The notes under the pieces: model-generated
Seen by the model: the letters and a program-made list of their open reading frames with translations, nothing else
Database searches by the model: none
What the model was told of the DNA's origin: nothing
Source: Antedon mediterranea
Lineage: Eukaryota > Animalia > Echinodermata
DNA: 64,000 nt
Assembly (NCBI RefSeq): GCF_964355755.1
Contig: NC_092676.1
Coordinates: 7,541,888 to 7,605,887, forward strand
Direction: 5' to 3'
Program-made: the position numbers and the translations under genes
Shown: positions 11,665-25,600 of the stretch, piece after piece
How the letters are laid out: every line of letters begins with the position of its first letter
Position numbering within the stretch: the stretch's first letter is position 1

Positions 11665-12350
11665 GAACAAGGCCATATACATGGCTGTAGTCGCGTGTTT
11701 CAATTTGAGTTAGTGTTTACTGACCGACAAACCGACCGAGAAGGTGTTAGATGAAAAAGGAAATCTTATAGATTATTAGAAGAGGTGGCAAGAAGAGAAA
11801 ACCAAGGGCTGAAGAGAGAAAGCCCCACATGGAGATGCTAGATGATATTATTAAATATCACGCAGTGCGCGTGGAAAAACTGCGCACTCATGGCAATTTT
11901 TTAAACGCTTAAAATTTCCTGAAACGTACTCTAATTTCATCGAAAATAAATTTTGACAATTTTAAGCGCGCGTACGCATGCGTTATATGCCCTAAGCACG
12001 TAATTGTATTGCCATATGATGAAATATGACCTAAAATTTATGAGTACCAAATTTTATTTAATTGTGATTCATGCTTGTGAAGATATGATTACAAACGTTC
12101 GTTAAATCGTGCGTAGACCGCGTAATTTTTGACTGCGCACCGTAAAAACATGACCACATCGATTCCTGGCCATAAGGAATATACTGTAAAAAATTGTCTT
12201 AGCTAGATGAAACTGATATCAAGACAAGGCCATATACAAGTTAGTGTTTACCGACCGACCGACCGACATAGTGAGCTGTAGAGTCGCGTTGCACGCGACT
12301 AAAAACAAGGCCATATAGGGCCTACGTGGCTGCAGTCGCGTGCTCGCTGC
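11665..12350 (-). mobile_element. DINE-1/HINE-like (Helentron non-autonomous) element(s), tandem/partial
   Basis: Same core as 30466-31233 (GCGCACTCATGGCAATTT…AAGCGCGCGTACGCATGCG), (GACC)n, and the AGTCGCG…CGCGACT inverted repeat. Confidence 0.7.
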
Positions 12351-12499
12351 CTTTCTGGCCTACCTAGGTCTAGGACTGTTAGTATTAGGGTAGGCGCGTT
12401 AGCCTAGCTAGGATTGATTATTTGGTCGTACGTTTGTTGGCAAAATTAACAATGTGAATTAAACCGTAGGCCTAGCTATCTTCTATTCAATCTGATTCA

Positions 12500-13443
12500 A
12501 ATATTTTTTTTTTATTTCCTTGACTTTATTCCAAATCACAATTTTTTTTACTTAACAATTTTAAAACAAATGCAATAATATGAAAAGGAATAGGGCATCC
12601 ACGAACAAGCAAAGCTTTACAACTGTGGCACCCTTTAAAAATATAAAACAAATTATTTTAATAGTATGCATGAAAGAATCGAAATTTACTAAAAATAGTT
12701 TTTTTATTGTACTGCAAGATAATAAATATGAAACTATACTAACTTATATATATATATAATTAATAACATTGTAAATAATAACAATAATAATACATAATGA
12801 TGATTACTTTTTTCTTTGCAAATAAGACATTTTTCTTCTTGACACAAATACTTTATAAAATGATAACGTTCAATATAAATACAATCTAACTTCTTCTTAA
12901 ATAATGATATATTTCTACATTGTTTTATATCATCCGATAGATTGTTCCATACCTTAGACCCAGTATACGAGAAGCCTTGACTGCCAACATTTGTATGCTT
13001 CAGATCTATTACAAGATTGTTTTTATTGCGCGTGTTATAATCATGATACGAGTCGAAGGTGTGGAAAAATCCATCAAATGACTCTGGTAATTTTCCATTT
13101 TTTTAGAGGAACATTAAATTTGCTACATTTTTTTCATATACATCGTGTTTAAGGTATTAGTTTTAATGAATAATGGAGAAGATGGATGTAGGTAGTGGAC
13201 TTTACATATTATTCGGAGGGCCTTTTTTTGTAAAACGTGAATTCTATTTAAATTATTTATGCTACCAGTACCCCACACAGTAATGCCATATGTAATGATG
13301 GGAAGGATAAGGGATTTATAAATAATGAGCAATATTTCATATGGTAGTATGGTTTTTAAGAGATTCATAGCTCCAATAATAATGGCTGACATTTTACTAG
13401 TGATTACATTAATATGCTGTAAGAAATTTATTTTTTTCATCAA
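12500..13443 (-). mobile_element. CR1/L2-group LINE 3' fragment
   Basis: LLIIYKSLILPIITYGITVWG…LQKKALRII is a typical CR1/L2 ORF2 C-terminus. A-rich tail near 12505. A related shorter copy lies at ~57800-58110. Confidence 0.75.
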
Positions 13444-13632
13444 ATGACAGGAATCTATTTAGATGTTATATATTCGGTCATGCTATTTGTTTTCCATACA
13501 CTCATAAATATTCATTATTTGTATAAATAATGACCTTTCATATGTATTGTCATTTACCAACATTTCAAAAATACAAAATACATTCACATTACAATTGAAT
13601 CCTGTTTCGAATTTTCGTAAAAAAAACACTAA

Positions 13633-16600
13633 TTATTTTCCAAAACAAGCATCGTCACTGTCATAATCATCACTTTCTTCATCACTTTTATTTGGATAAT
13701 CTTTTTCTTTATCTTCTTCTTTTTCTGAATCGGATGATATTAAACTTCCCTGATCGCTAAGTTCTTCTGAAGAAACACTTTCCTCATCACTCGACTCCCC
13801 GGATTCGGTTTCTGATTTGTTTTCCACTGAAAAAGATAAATATAAACATCATTTAAAATGTAAATACAAAAACAAGGTATTTCAAATATTGTTGATTAAA
13901 ACAACAAATTGTATACAGAAAAAGTATTAGCATAATCGTCATAATATTGTAATTGGTGTATGATCTTCCTCATATGTTCACATTCACCACTGATCATGAT
14001 CAAACCATTCATTTTACAGTATGTGAACCTAATCATGATTAAATTACGTGATCAGTTTAATCACCCTAACAGGATCAGTGGAGCAAGTTAGAGAAGCATG
14101 TTAGCCTAGTATAACATGATTCATAAAATAGAATCATTCAATCAGCATCATTGCACATCACCTTATTGACCCATTTTCCATTCCACGTGACACTCATTAG
14201 AATAAATTGATCATGATCTAGGCCTAATGTCTGTGTGAACAAGGCCATCCAACAACAGGGCACTGAGCTCGCCATGACAGTAACTCGTAACAGTTCTTTG
14301 GTCTTATGTCTGGCTGCGAAATACCAAAGTGTATGGGTCATGGGACCGATTGTGTCGCAGAAACGAATAGACCCTTTTATCTCCAGAGCTCAACATCCTG
14401 TTGTTGAACGTTTTCTCTTTATCCTGCTAATCTTATGACAGCAGAACGATGATAATTAAGTCAAGATATTCTATATGAATGAGCCGTGTCATCTGTACTT
14501 ATTCTTCTTGAGGATTTGCTCAAGATCTTTCTCACAAAAAGACTTATTATTGATCATTGTAATTGTGTATTTACCGGTATCTGTCATGACTTGATTTCCG
14601 GGATCTGAAATAATTATAATGATAAAGGTTTATTAAGCACATTCCCACGTGATTATGAGTGGACACTATAGTTTGCTTGGTTCCGACAGGACGCCAAACT
14701 CAATTTATTTGACCAATCATAATTTTTTTATTTTTTTTTTTATTTATTTTTTTTTTTTAATTAAGTGATGGATCTCTACTGTTTCTTGTGATTGATTGTT
14801 TTGAGAGCCCTACTAAACTATTGTCGTCTGCCTAGATATAGAATAAAATTAAATTAGAAAATAAGCTTCCGGGTCATATAGCGCAAAAATGTTTAACCTA
14901 CCGATATCTAAATCTGTAGTAGATTCTACAGAAAAATCAATGCAACTTTCATCATCTGTTGAATACAAAATAAATACGTATAAATTGATGATTGAAATAA
15001 AAGGTATAATATATTAGTTGGTCTCATTAATTGAACAAACAATGTATACAAACCAATTGTCACATCTAGTGATATTTCACTTTCCTGTAAATAAAAGAAA
15101 AATAGTTATTAGAATAAGCATTTTAATAAAGAATTCCTTAATATTTGAGAGTGTTGGGGATGGACATTTAAATAGTGTCTCTCTAACTGGACAGTTTATG
15201 GATGACAATTGCTCATACAGTAATGCTCGAAATCTCTGCTTCACCAATGATAACAACCCTCTCCATGCTTCCTACTTACAAGTTTGATATCACGTGCTAA
15301 TGTTTGAGAGGACAATGACCTATTAAGTCTTCGAACTTCGTGCATCTAAAAATCAAAAGTATGTTCAAGTAAACTTTTTCATAACAATATTTTTTAGAAA
15401 AAAAAAGTTGCATAGGCCTATTGAAGATGATAATTGGTCAGATGTTTTGCCCCACTCTGACGTAATCACCAGCCTTGCGAGTATTCTCAATGTACTTAGT
15501 ATAAAGTGCAAATTACGTCAGAGTAGGGAAAAAAATCTGACCAATTTCTCAAAACCTTGTCGCAAAACTACTTCGCAGTAGTTATAAACAATTATAATCC
15601 GAGGTTGATAATGTTTAAATAATGGTGTATACTTACCTCATAAGAAATGTAGCAATAGATGGCGACAAAGATACCATTAGAAGCAAACAGTAAACTGAAG
15701 AATAGCCAGAATACGTATTCGTCATCCACCATTAGTGAAAACATCCAAGTACAGATAAAGAAAGGGAAAAGAAAACAACTGCATTCCAAACAGCGTCTAC
15801 AGTACGGTAGAATAAAAGTATATATATATATATATATATATCCGTTACAAGCTGTGGATCCTCAATTAAGCCCTGTCTACAATATCAAACTGTGACAAAA
15901 TGTGTTGTGCCCATATAAAATAGACACGATGACGTCATATCACTACCATTATTATTTGGGCGCATCACACTTTGTGTGTAGATAGTGTAGACAGAGTTTC
16001 AGAAAATGCATTATTGTTTTATAATACAGAATTGTTTCTAAAAAAGTTAGAACTTACCGTATTTGGGCTGCAATATATTCTTTTCGTTTCTTTCCGTTGA
16101 ATTTCGTTATAAATATTACGATGATTAGAATCATCCGAATCTGTTAACGAAAAGAACAGTCAGAACACATCACTCATCCTTTTGTTTAGGATACAACATC
16201 GCAGGGTCTACATAGGCTATATGCTGTACTTTACAGTTCTACGCCTTATTAAATCATAGCAAAGGCAAAATAATAATTTCTTACAAGAATCAGTGTCATT
16301 GCTGGGAATATGAACGCAACTAAACTGCCAGTCTCAAACTTCAGCCAACATCTAAAATAAGTGACATGCATTGTGAATATCTACTAAGAAGTAGAGAGGT
16401 GAGTGATTACAAACATCAGTTTTCTGATAGAGATAGTACACAAGCGAATTGCAATTTTGCATCTCAGTATTATAGCAGACATATACAGTATATTTAGATA
16501 CACCATGTCATTAACAACAATTTGTCGTTATCTATCTATATTGTTATCATTAATGTGCTTACCCGCTTATTTCGTTATAACCATAGTGAATACCAAAGAA

Positions 16601-19600
16601 TAAGCCTGATGTACATGCGGCGCCTCCCCATCCGCAAAGTAGATACCCCGGTCTCTTGGATACAGTTACGCCTTCTATTCGTGCTTTTGTTTTTAGCATG
16701 TAGAAGTATATGCATTCAACAATCAACCACGTAAGGATGGCCATGTAGAAAAAGTGTATTAGAACACCAAACGTGGTGCACAAAATCTATAGCAATAAAC
16801 AGAAATAAACAGAGTTAGACCTAGTCATAATCAATGTTACTTTGTAATACTTATTTAGGAGATAGGATCAAAATGTTTTCTTATACGTACGCTGTAGTCC
16901 ATTGTCTCTGAACTGATGATAAATGTTACCGTCAATAACAACCCAGCAATTAACAAGTTACAATATATAAAGATTGACACAGGTCCCTTAAAAATGCCCC
17001 TGTAAGTGCAATAGTAAACACAGTGATCGAACCAACGATACATTATATTTTTATCAAAATAATTATATTTAAAAATTCAGTAATGTTAATGAATATGTTA
17101 ATATAAAATGAATGATATATCAACAACAATTTCTTACCAAGTAAAATGAATGATTTTCAAAATGTATATACTCGCGATTATTGAAATAAGACAGAGTAGG
17201 TAAATGCCCATACGTTCTCCTAAGCGTTTAAAATCAAAATCCTACAAAGCAAAACATTTTTCATATTAAATAAAATGTTGATAATACCAGGAAAGAGTGA
17301 ACTTGCATTCACTCTGATAATACATTATATCATTGGTAAATATTTGTTAAATGTTCATATTTAATATTTGCTTGAAAGTACGTGGATATTATTATGCAAT
17401 TCAGAAGTTGAACTTGACAAAATGCAGAGACATAGCAAAAGAGGGCGTGCTACTTCCTACTTCAGTCAATATTAAAGATAAAATAGCTCGAGATTTGGAT
17501 AAGTTTTTGTGACATTACCAATACATCGATTTTCCTAAAAATTAATAGGCATGGTCTATGGGTAGTTATAAAAACAATTCAGAAAGATAACTTGAACATT
17601 TTGGACGTTTGTGCAAATAAACATTCAAAGTAAATATATGCATACAAGCATTGTGTTGATAAGGTTGAGTGAATAAATACAAAGTAATCCAATGTAACGT
17701 ACGCTATATTTTTCCACTGGTACAAATATACCGAATGTTGTGGTGTGGTCACAATGGCATTCAACTGGTGACATTATCTCAATGACGTCAGTGCGCCTAC
17801 ATCCTGATGTAGACCATTTACTAAAATGTAAACAAATGAAATGCAAGTAATTGTGTTTCCAAAGATACCTTCATATGTAGGCTACACAAAGGGCGCATGA
17901 GCAGAAATTGATAATGGCCCATGTGGCAGACAAACCTGTTGTCTTCATCCCAAAAGCTGCATACAGCATGTTCCTTGTAGTATAGTTCGTCTTCCTTTAT
18001 TTTCTGAGAATGATAAACGTGAACAACATCATGTTATTAGGAATTGACATTGGGTTTTTTTCTTTCAGATATGTAAATTGCAATGGCCTAGTTACATACT
18101 GTGTATAATTCCATAGAATAGTCAACAGCTACTGAGTATTTTGATGTGTTTGATGCTACCGTGCACGTGATCAGGCCAGTGGCCAGCTCATATGGGACAG
18201 GCACGATGTAATCACTGTTGTAAAGAAGAAGAAAAACAGAATATAATTTCCATAAAAAGCTGGTTTTAATGAAAATTCTAGCAGAGCTATATTTGTATTT
18301 ATTGAGTTGAGTTATATGGAATATCGTGCCAATGTTGGGATTATGCAAACATAATTCCAACAGAAACCGCTGCAATTACTGTAAATTGGTAAATTGTTTA
18401 CCTTATTGTTGTTATTATAGATATTAATTGAATGTAAAACATACCGTATCCATTCCTAAAAAAAGTACAGTATTTATTTTAATTTGAAAATACATGATAC
18501 TTTAAAAATGAATTACATACGCTTCAATTTCGTCAAAAGTTACTGATGATTTTTCATTCCCTTCACTTTCTTCAAACACCGTTTGTTCGTAATATGATAC
18601 TACCATGTATGCCGTTTCTGAAGAAAAACAAATAATAGGGACGGTTCATTTTCGTATCGAGTCGAAAAGTCATTAGTCATACTCGGAAACATATGAAAAT
18701 AGCTAATAATGAAGATAGAAATTGAAAAAGAGTTGAAAGTAAAATTATCATGGTTTGAAATTAAATTAATATAAGCGACTTACCAGGAACATTTCTCGCT
18801 GAACTCGGATCAATTCTCAGAAATCCTATGTCGTTATTGCCAATCATTTTGGCATTATCTGTTTCTGTATCTAAAACGTTTTCTTTGGGTTGAATATGAA
18901 ACGACCAGACACGATTCTTTGTCAACGCGATGTTTGATGCTACAAAAAAATTACTACATTATAGCTCATGTTTGTCAAATCTTAAGGCCTGTTTTGTTTA
19001 TTTGACATCCCTCAACACTCTGTTGTAGTGTGTGAATGAAGTATGGAGAAACAAATAAGGAGAGAAAGACTACATCTTAATAAGGTTCTATGTGTAATGT
19101 GGTCAAATCAACTATGATTTTAGGAAAATGTATTATGAATAATTCAACGTTCCCCTAAACGAAAATCTTACCAACTGATTCGGACGATCTTTTCCATGTT
19201 GAATTACTTTCTTTAGTTGCAATTACTGTCAAGATTTTCTCAGACGCATGTACAATATCAATTTGTTCCGCCATGTTCTATAAATTTTGTAACAAATAAA
19301 TTATATTTCCGCAATCAAATCATAACATACGCGATAAGAAAAATCAAGCGATTTGTTACGTAAAACAGTAGTAAGTACATTTTTGCATTAAAATAACATT
19401 TGATCCTATTTTTACAGCAAGTAAGTTTTATAACTTAATTGTTGTAAGAATATTGAATAATGTTTAATTGTAACAAAAAACACACCTTACCTTCTTACGA
19501 GCTAGAACAGTTGTTGTCACGTTAATGATCTCCTTTTGAAATAATGACCAAAACAATACAATTAATTGAAAACAAAAATAAGGAATAATAACAATATTTT

Positions 19601-22600
19601 AATATGTAAAGTTGTAACTAACGGTTTATTTGTATATAAGTAAACAAGGAGAAACTGAGGTTTCGATCAATATTTTTCGACCATTATATATTTTATCGAC
19701 AATTTGAGGTGTTGTGCCACTGACGCAAAAGTAAACTTACTATAAAAATAAAGTTAGTTCACATGGTATTCCTGCGATAGTTATAAGCCACAGTACAACT
19801 ATTAATTACTGCTTCGTTCCCACGCGTAACCTTTCGTAGTCTACGCGTGGGACATTTTTTCATTGATCCCAAACATACGAAGTATTGTCTTTTGATCACG
19901 ATCCCACGCAAGGTATTGTTTTTTTTATCGCGTTCCCACGCGATCACACGCGCTCCAACGGGAAAGGAATTGTTTTTGGATCGCGATCGGCCTATCAGTT
20001 TGTTTCTATTTCTTACCTCTGTCATAATGCCTGCTTCCCTATTTCCTATTAATGTCGTAGTTTCGGAAATAGTTAACAAAGTAATCTGCAAATTGTCTAT
20101 TTCATCTTCAGTCAATGGTCTATCCTTTTTCCGTTCGGTTGCAATGGCTGATATTTCCAAGATATCAACATCATCTGTCCCGTTGTAAAGCTGTTGAAAC
20201 AAGGGAATATTATAATGGGTTCATTGCTCGACAGTTAATTTTCTCAATGGTAGGAAACATACATCATGCCGTATTTACTTAAGAAATAATCATACTAAGT
20301 TAGTTCCATCGTCTGCTGAAAGTGGAAGTGACGGTGGGAATTCTGCTATAATGTATCAAAATATATCCTTCAAGACTGAAACACTAGGCAGCTGGATGTT
20401 GCAAATGAGACGGGAGCTGTCCTCTTGTTTTAAGTGTAGGCCTACTGTTAATTCTTAATAAGTTTTTTTTTTTATTAAAGGCACGGGCTTAAAAGACTAA
20501 AACTAAAAGATGTAACAGTTTCTCAAGTCTAGTTTGTGTACAGTATCTAATAGATGTATATTTATTTGCAGTAAACAAATGCCATTATTCATACCATGAC
20601 TCGTAGGTCACTGAAGGCATTTCGGATGGTGACCGTAAACGTATGTGTCTGGATGTTTCCACTTTCATCAGTAGCTGTGTAAATCACTTCGGTGACTCCG
20701 ACGGAAAATACATCTCCTGGGTCGTGAGTGGATTCTAGCAGTGGTAATGCTCCTGAGTTGTCATCCGGATATGGTGGATCCCATTTAACCGTTACGTTTG
20801 AATAGATTGAATCTATGAACACTTGAATGTCTTCAGTGAAATTCGTAAAGTACGGCACATCTACGTCTATTTAAATGAAAAATTTAAATACAACTTGTTT
20901 TAAAATAGTTAAAAGGGCGGTGGGGTGGTTAATTACCATCGTGTACGGTATTGTAGTAAATGGGTTCTTTATAGAAACAAATTAGAACGATAAGGGTAAA
21001 AAAGACGAAAGATGCATTATGTTGTGGAAATTGATAATACAAAGGTTAAAATGGTTGCATGACAATGACAATTAGCCGTTAATCGTATATACGTGGAAAT
21101 GTATAATAGAAAAAAAAAAGAAATTACCATTAACAGTAATTGTGAATTGACAAAGCTCAACATTCCCAGCTCCATCGACTGCCGTGTATGTTACTAATGT
21201 ATCGTATAAAGGGAAGATATCGCCAGGATTGGCGTCTGACGTCATGTGTGGTGTAACTTCAGAATTATCGTGCCCTGTTGTTACAAACCAAGTTACATTT
21301 GCATATGCAGTTCCTGGAATATTGTCTACATCAAAGTCTAAGGTGCAGTTTGTAAAATAAGGCTTTTCAACATCTGAATCAAAACGAAATATATGTTATT
21401 GTAAATTACATTGCCTAGCATAATGGCATATGTTCTTAGGTTCTAAAGTGTACACAGCACACATACTCCGTCAGCAAAAGCCTATGTGATTTTCGGTAAA
21501 AGAAATCGGGAGTGTACGCTTGGAAAACAAACTTTAAAAACGTTACAACGTTACCTATAACAGTTATATTAAATTGACAATCCTGAAAATTCATCGCTTT
21601 ATCTGTTGCATTATAAATTACAGTCGTTAATCCGAGACGAAATACGTCATTCGGATTGTAGTTCGATACGATTTCATGAACACCAACGTTATCGGTAACA
21701 TTTGGTAACTGCCACGTCACGTTTACGTATGGCGATCTGTACCATGTTGCTATGACTATATCAGTAGGACAGTAAATGAAGACAGGAGATTCTCGATCTG
21801 AAATACCAAATCAAAATACATTTTCAAAGTCGAAATACACTGTAAAAAAACTAAACCGGCAATTGTCAAATAACTTCTACTCAATTATGCATTATAGGGT
21901 GGATGAATATTATTATTTTTTATATTAAGCTTTAACCTTACCTAAGACAAGTATACTAAAAGTAAACCACTCAATATTCCCGGATTGGTCAATAGCTGTA
22001 TACGTCACGTATGTTAATCCCACATAGAATAAATCACCTGGATAGTAGGTTGATGTGACGTTCAGAGGTTCACCAGAATTATCCCAAACAGCGACAACTA
22101 CCCAACTGACATGCGCAAAGTTCACGCTGGCTTCCGTGAGAACAGTAATATTTGGAGTTAAGTTGTAGAAAACTGGAACTTCAATATCTGATTACAAAGA
22201 AGTGAAATGTAAGGTCTCGTTTACACTATAAAACCATTGTTTGGAAAAGTCTAGTCTACAACAAGAAAACTTTACCAAACCTTTGTTTGCACATTTTGAA
22301 TTTATTACAGTACTGTTTGGAGAAGTCTTTAAAATTTACAGTAACTCTATGTTACTGGATGTTCACATGACTACAAAGACTTACTTGATTGGCTGACTTC
22401 ACAAAACAATCAGAAAACTAGTTTGTCAACTAGTTATCTACAATTTTCTAAAGCTAACTGGTTTACACTAGCAACAATTTGCAATGTTTTATTGGAGTTT
22501 TTTTAACAGAGGTTTCCAAAATTTCGCTGGGTAGATTTCTACAAGTTTTTTTAAAATCCTGGCATAATGTGTCAACTGGAGTACACTACCGACGTCATGT

Positions 22601-25600
22601 GGTAATCTGATATCCAGTAAGCACAACTTTCTTCAAGATTTGAATATTGCTACTGGATTCATGGTGGGATGTTTTTAAGAATGTATGCACTAGTCCTATT
22701 ATAGCAAAATGTTTACCTAGTACAGTTATATTGAAGGAAAATTGATTGACATTCTTGAATATATCATACGCCCAATATATCACAGTTGTGTCTCCTATTG
22801 GAAATGTCGTATTTGGTTGATGGGTTGAATTCACAAACACCTCTTCCATTGAATTATCGAATACAGTCGGAATAATCCATTCCATTAAAGCATGAGGCTG
22901 GCGTGAGTCTGTTTCTACTATTGTACTATTAGGTTGACTGGTGAATAAAGGAATTTCTTCATCTGCAAATATCATAAATTACAAATAATTATACAATTTA
23001 ATTATGTATAATGAGCCAATTTATCACATTAATTAAAGGTAAATTTAGAATGTAATTGATGCATTTTAGTATATTGTGCTTACTAGTACTAATACACTAA
23101 TTACTTATTGGTTCTATTGCTGTGAAATACATCAAAATAATTCCAAAGTACCTATAATTGCAACATAGAACGTATGTATAGCATAATTTCCAGCATCGTC
23201 GGTGGCAACACAGTTAATAGTATAGTTGCCAAACCTGAAGACATGTCCTGGGACGTACGTGCAGTTAATGATAGGGATCTCTTCTGAGTTGTCTCGTGCA
23301 ATATCTGTTACAGACCACCAGACAGGTGATGTTGGCAAGCCCGGGTTTGTGTTTAACACAAGGTTACGAGATCCATTGAAGAAAATTGGATCCTCTGAAT
23401 CTGAAAAATATAATTAAGTTTTGAATTCCTTTAGAATATTTTTTTTTTTCTGGTTAGGGTCAGGTCTCAAAATTCTTGGTTTAGGTCAGGTTCAGATTTC
23501 TTGTTCAGGACAGATTCCTGGTTAGGTTCAGGTTCAAGTTGCGATTTCTGGTTTAGGTTAGGTTCACTACCGGGTTCCAATTCCAAATTGTCGAACCACA
23601 GAGCAATAACTGTAACCAAGTTGACGGCAGGATAAATTTACAACAATGTGAAGAGACCGTATAATAATGTAATTCAAAATCTTACCAAAAATTGTTATTG
23701 AAAAGTTACATTGTGCCTCATTGCCACTAAAATCAGTGGCAATGTAAGTTACTTCATGGATTCCAAGTCGAAAGACGTCGTTTGGATAAAAACTTTGGTT
23801 CACCAATGGACTCACACCAGAGTTATCTGATGCTATAGGGTCACTCCAGACAACGTTAGTTGTAGGTAGAAGAGCATCAGTCGGCAAGGAAATGTCGTCA
23901 TGACAGCCAGAAAACACTGGAGATTCATTATCTATAATATAAAATATTATAATAAACAATTTCATCTGGCATTTTACCATTCGTTATTATGTTTTGATTA
24001 TCAAGTCAAGTCAAGTCAAGTATCATTTATTATCATTTGTTTTAAGAAAAAACATAGAAATTCTGTTTACTCTGTTGGCGGAGCACAATATCCAACGGAC
24101 ACAACACGAACTCAAAAACAAAAACATTACAAAAAAGTGTCTACATTATATTTAAGGCTCTAATAGATCCTGGAAAGAAACTATTTGTAAATCGTGCCTT
24201 ATTGACCTGAACAAAACGAAATCGCCGACCACTGCGCATCAACTGGAACATACTAGAGGCCGGATGAAATTGATCATCTTTGATAGCCACTGCCTTTTCA
24301 GAAAACGATCCGAAAATATGTTCTCCAAAGGCAATTGTGCAGATCCAATTATACGCGATGCGGTCTTGACTATTCTATTTAGGTCACGCTATTCATTTTT
24401 GGTAGCGCTACCGAACCATACCGTTAAAGAATACGTTATGACACTCTCTATAACTGACCTATAGAAGGACGACATTATTTCAGCGTTTATACCAAATGAT
24501 CTAAGTCTACGTAGGAAGTAGATTATGATTCTCAATGTCAATACAGGTAATATTTTTTTTATAAACTAAATGCATAATTATATTGGTGTTTAATCGATTG
24601 ATCGGAATATAAATACTGTATACAGTAATAATTAGCTTTTGAAAAAGTTTTCTGAAATCAAGTTACGTGCTATAGTTTCAACAAATCTGACCCCTGACCT
24701 ATGACTGTCACAGTAAATCCACATGTTGCAGTGTTTCCAGCTTTGTCGGTTGCGTTAAATTCGATAGCTGTCTCTCCGATAGGATAATCTCCACCAACAA
24801 GAGTTACATCATCAATAACAGGATCGACTAAGCTGTTGTCGGTGGCCTGCAATTCATTCCAAGACGCCGATCCAAGTTCTCCGCCAGGCAGCGTATTCAC
24901 AACAATATCAGAATGGCAATTAGTAAAAACGGGTGCCGTTACATCTGCAAATTTACAGATTAGAAATTTAGTAATTGTCATTGCAAGTAATCTAATACTT
25001 CGGCTTTTAGGGGTTTTCTAATGAGTGATTTCCACTAGAGACAAGGACACACGCGCAATGCACAAGCGAGCTGACCAATGGCAAGCGACAGTTGCGAAAA
25101 GTCAATCGGTTGTGACGTCATTGCGTTGCATCTTAGTGGAACAATTAACATATACAATTATTTGGACAAAGTTTATTAAAGAAAGCTGTAATTAATTGAT
25201 GCTTTATCCTACGGTTTTATTATTTTTGTTTGTATAATATTTACTGATACATATTAGTTATACGGGGCGCCGTTCGAGACATTATGGTAAAATAATTAGC
25301 AACCAATAATTAAGGCCTCATAAGTCGGTAATGTTGATAAGACAATATCCACAACGGTTACCAAATAATCTGACGATAAATTGACATTGTATTTCTAGGC
25401 CAGCACCATCGGTTGCCGTGACATTCACCGTCGTATCGCCCAACGGGAAATTTTGGCCATTAGTATGAGTACTTGTAACACTTGGTGCAACTCCAGAATT
25501 ATCTAAAAATGTTGGATTAGTCCAGGAACCGGGTGCCTCTGATGCCAAGGGTGAAACATTAACCTCTACAACATCTGGGCAGAAAATGACATCGGGTGAT

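Noticed and set aside
14138-14438. Overlapping 67-aa ORFs
   Set aside because: No recognisable motif or splice context, and mostly not conserved in copy B.
19788-19990. A-specific segment starting CACAGTA as a second RSS-like transposon end
   Set aside because: No matching GTG terminus, TSD or coding remnant. It could equally be a deletion in B.
20283-20345. Small linker exon between the last HYR and GAIN
   Set aside because: The last HYR exon ends in phase 0 and joins the phase-0 GAIN exon directly. The segment is not conserved in B.
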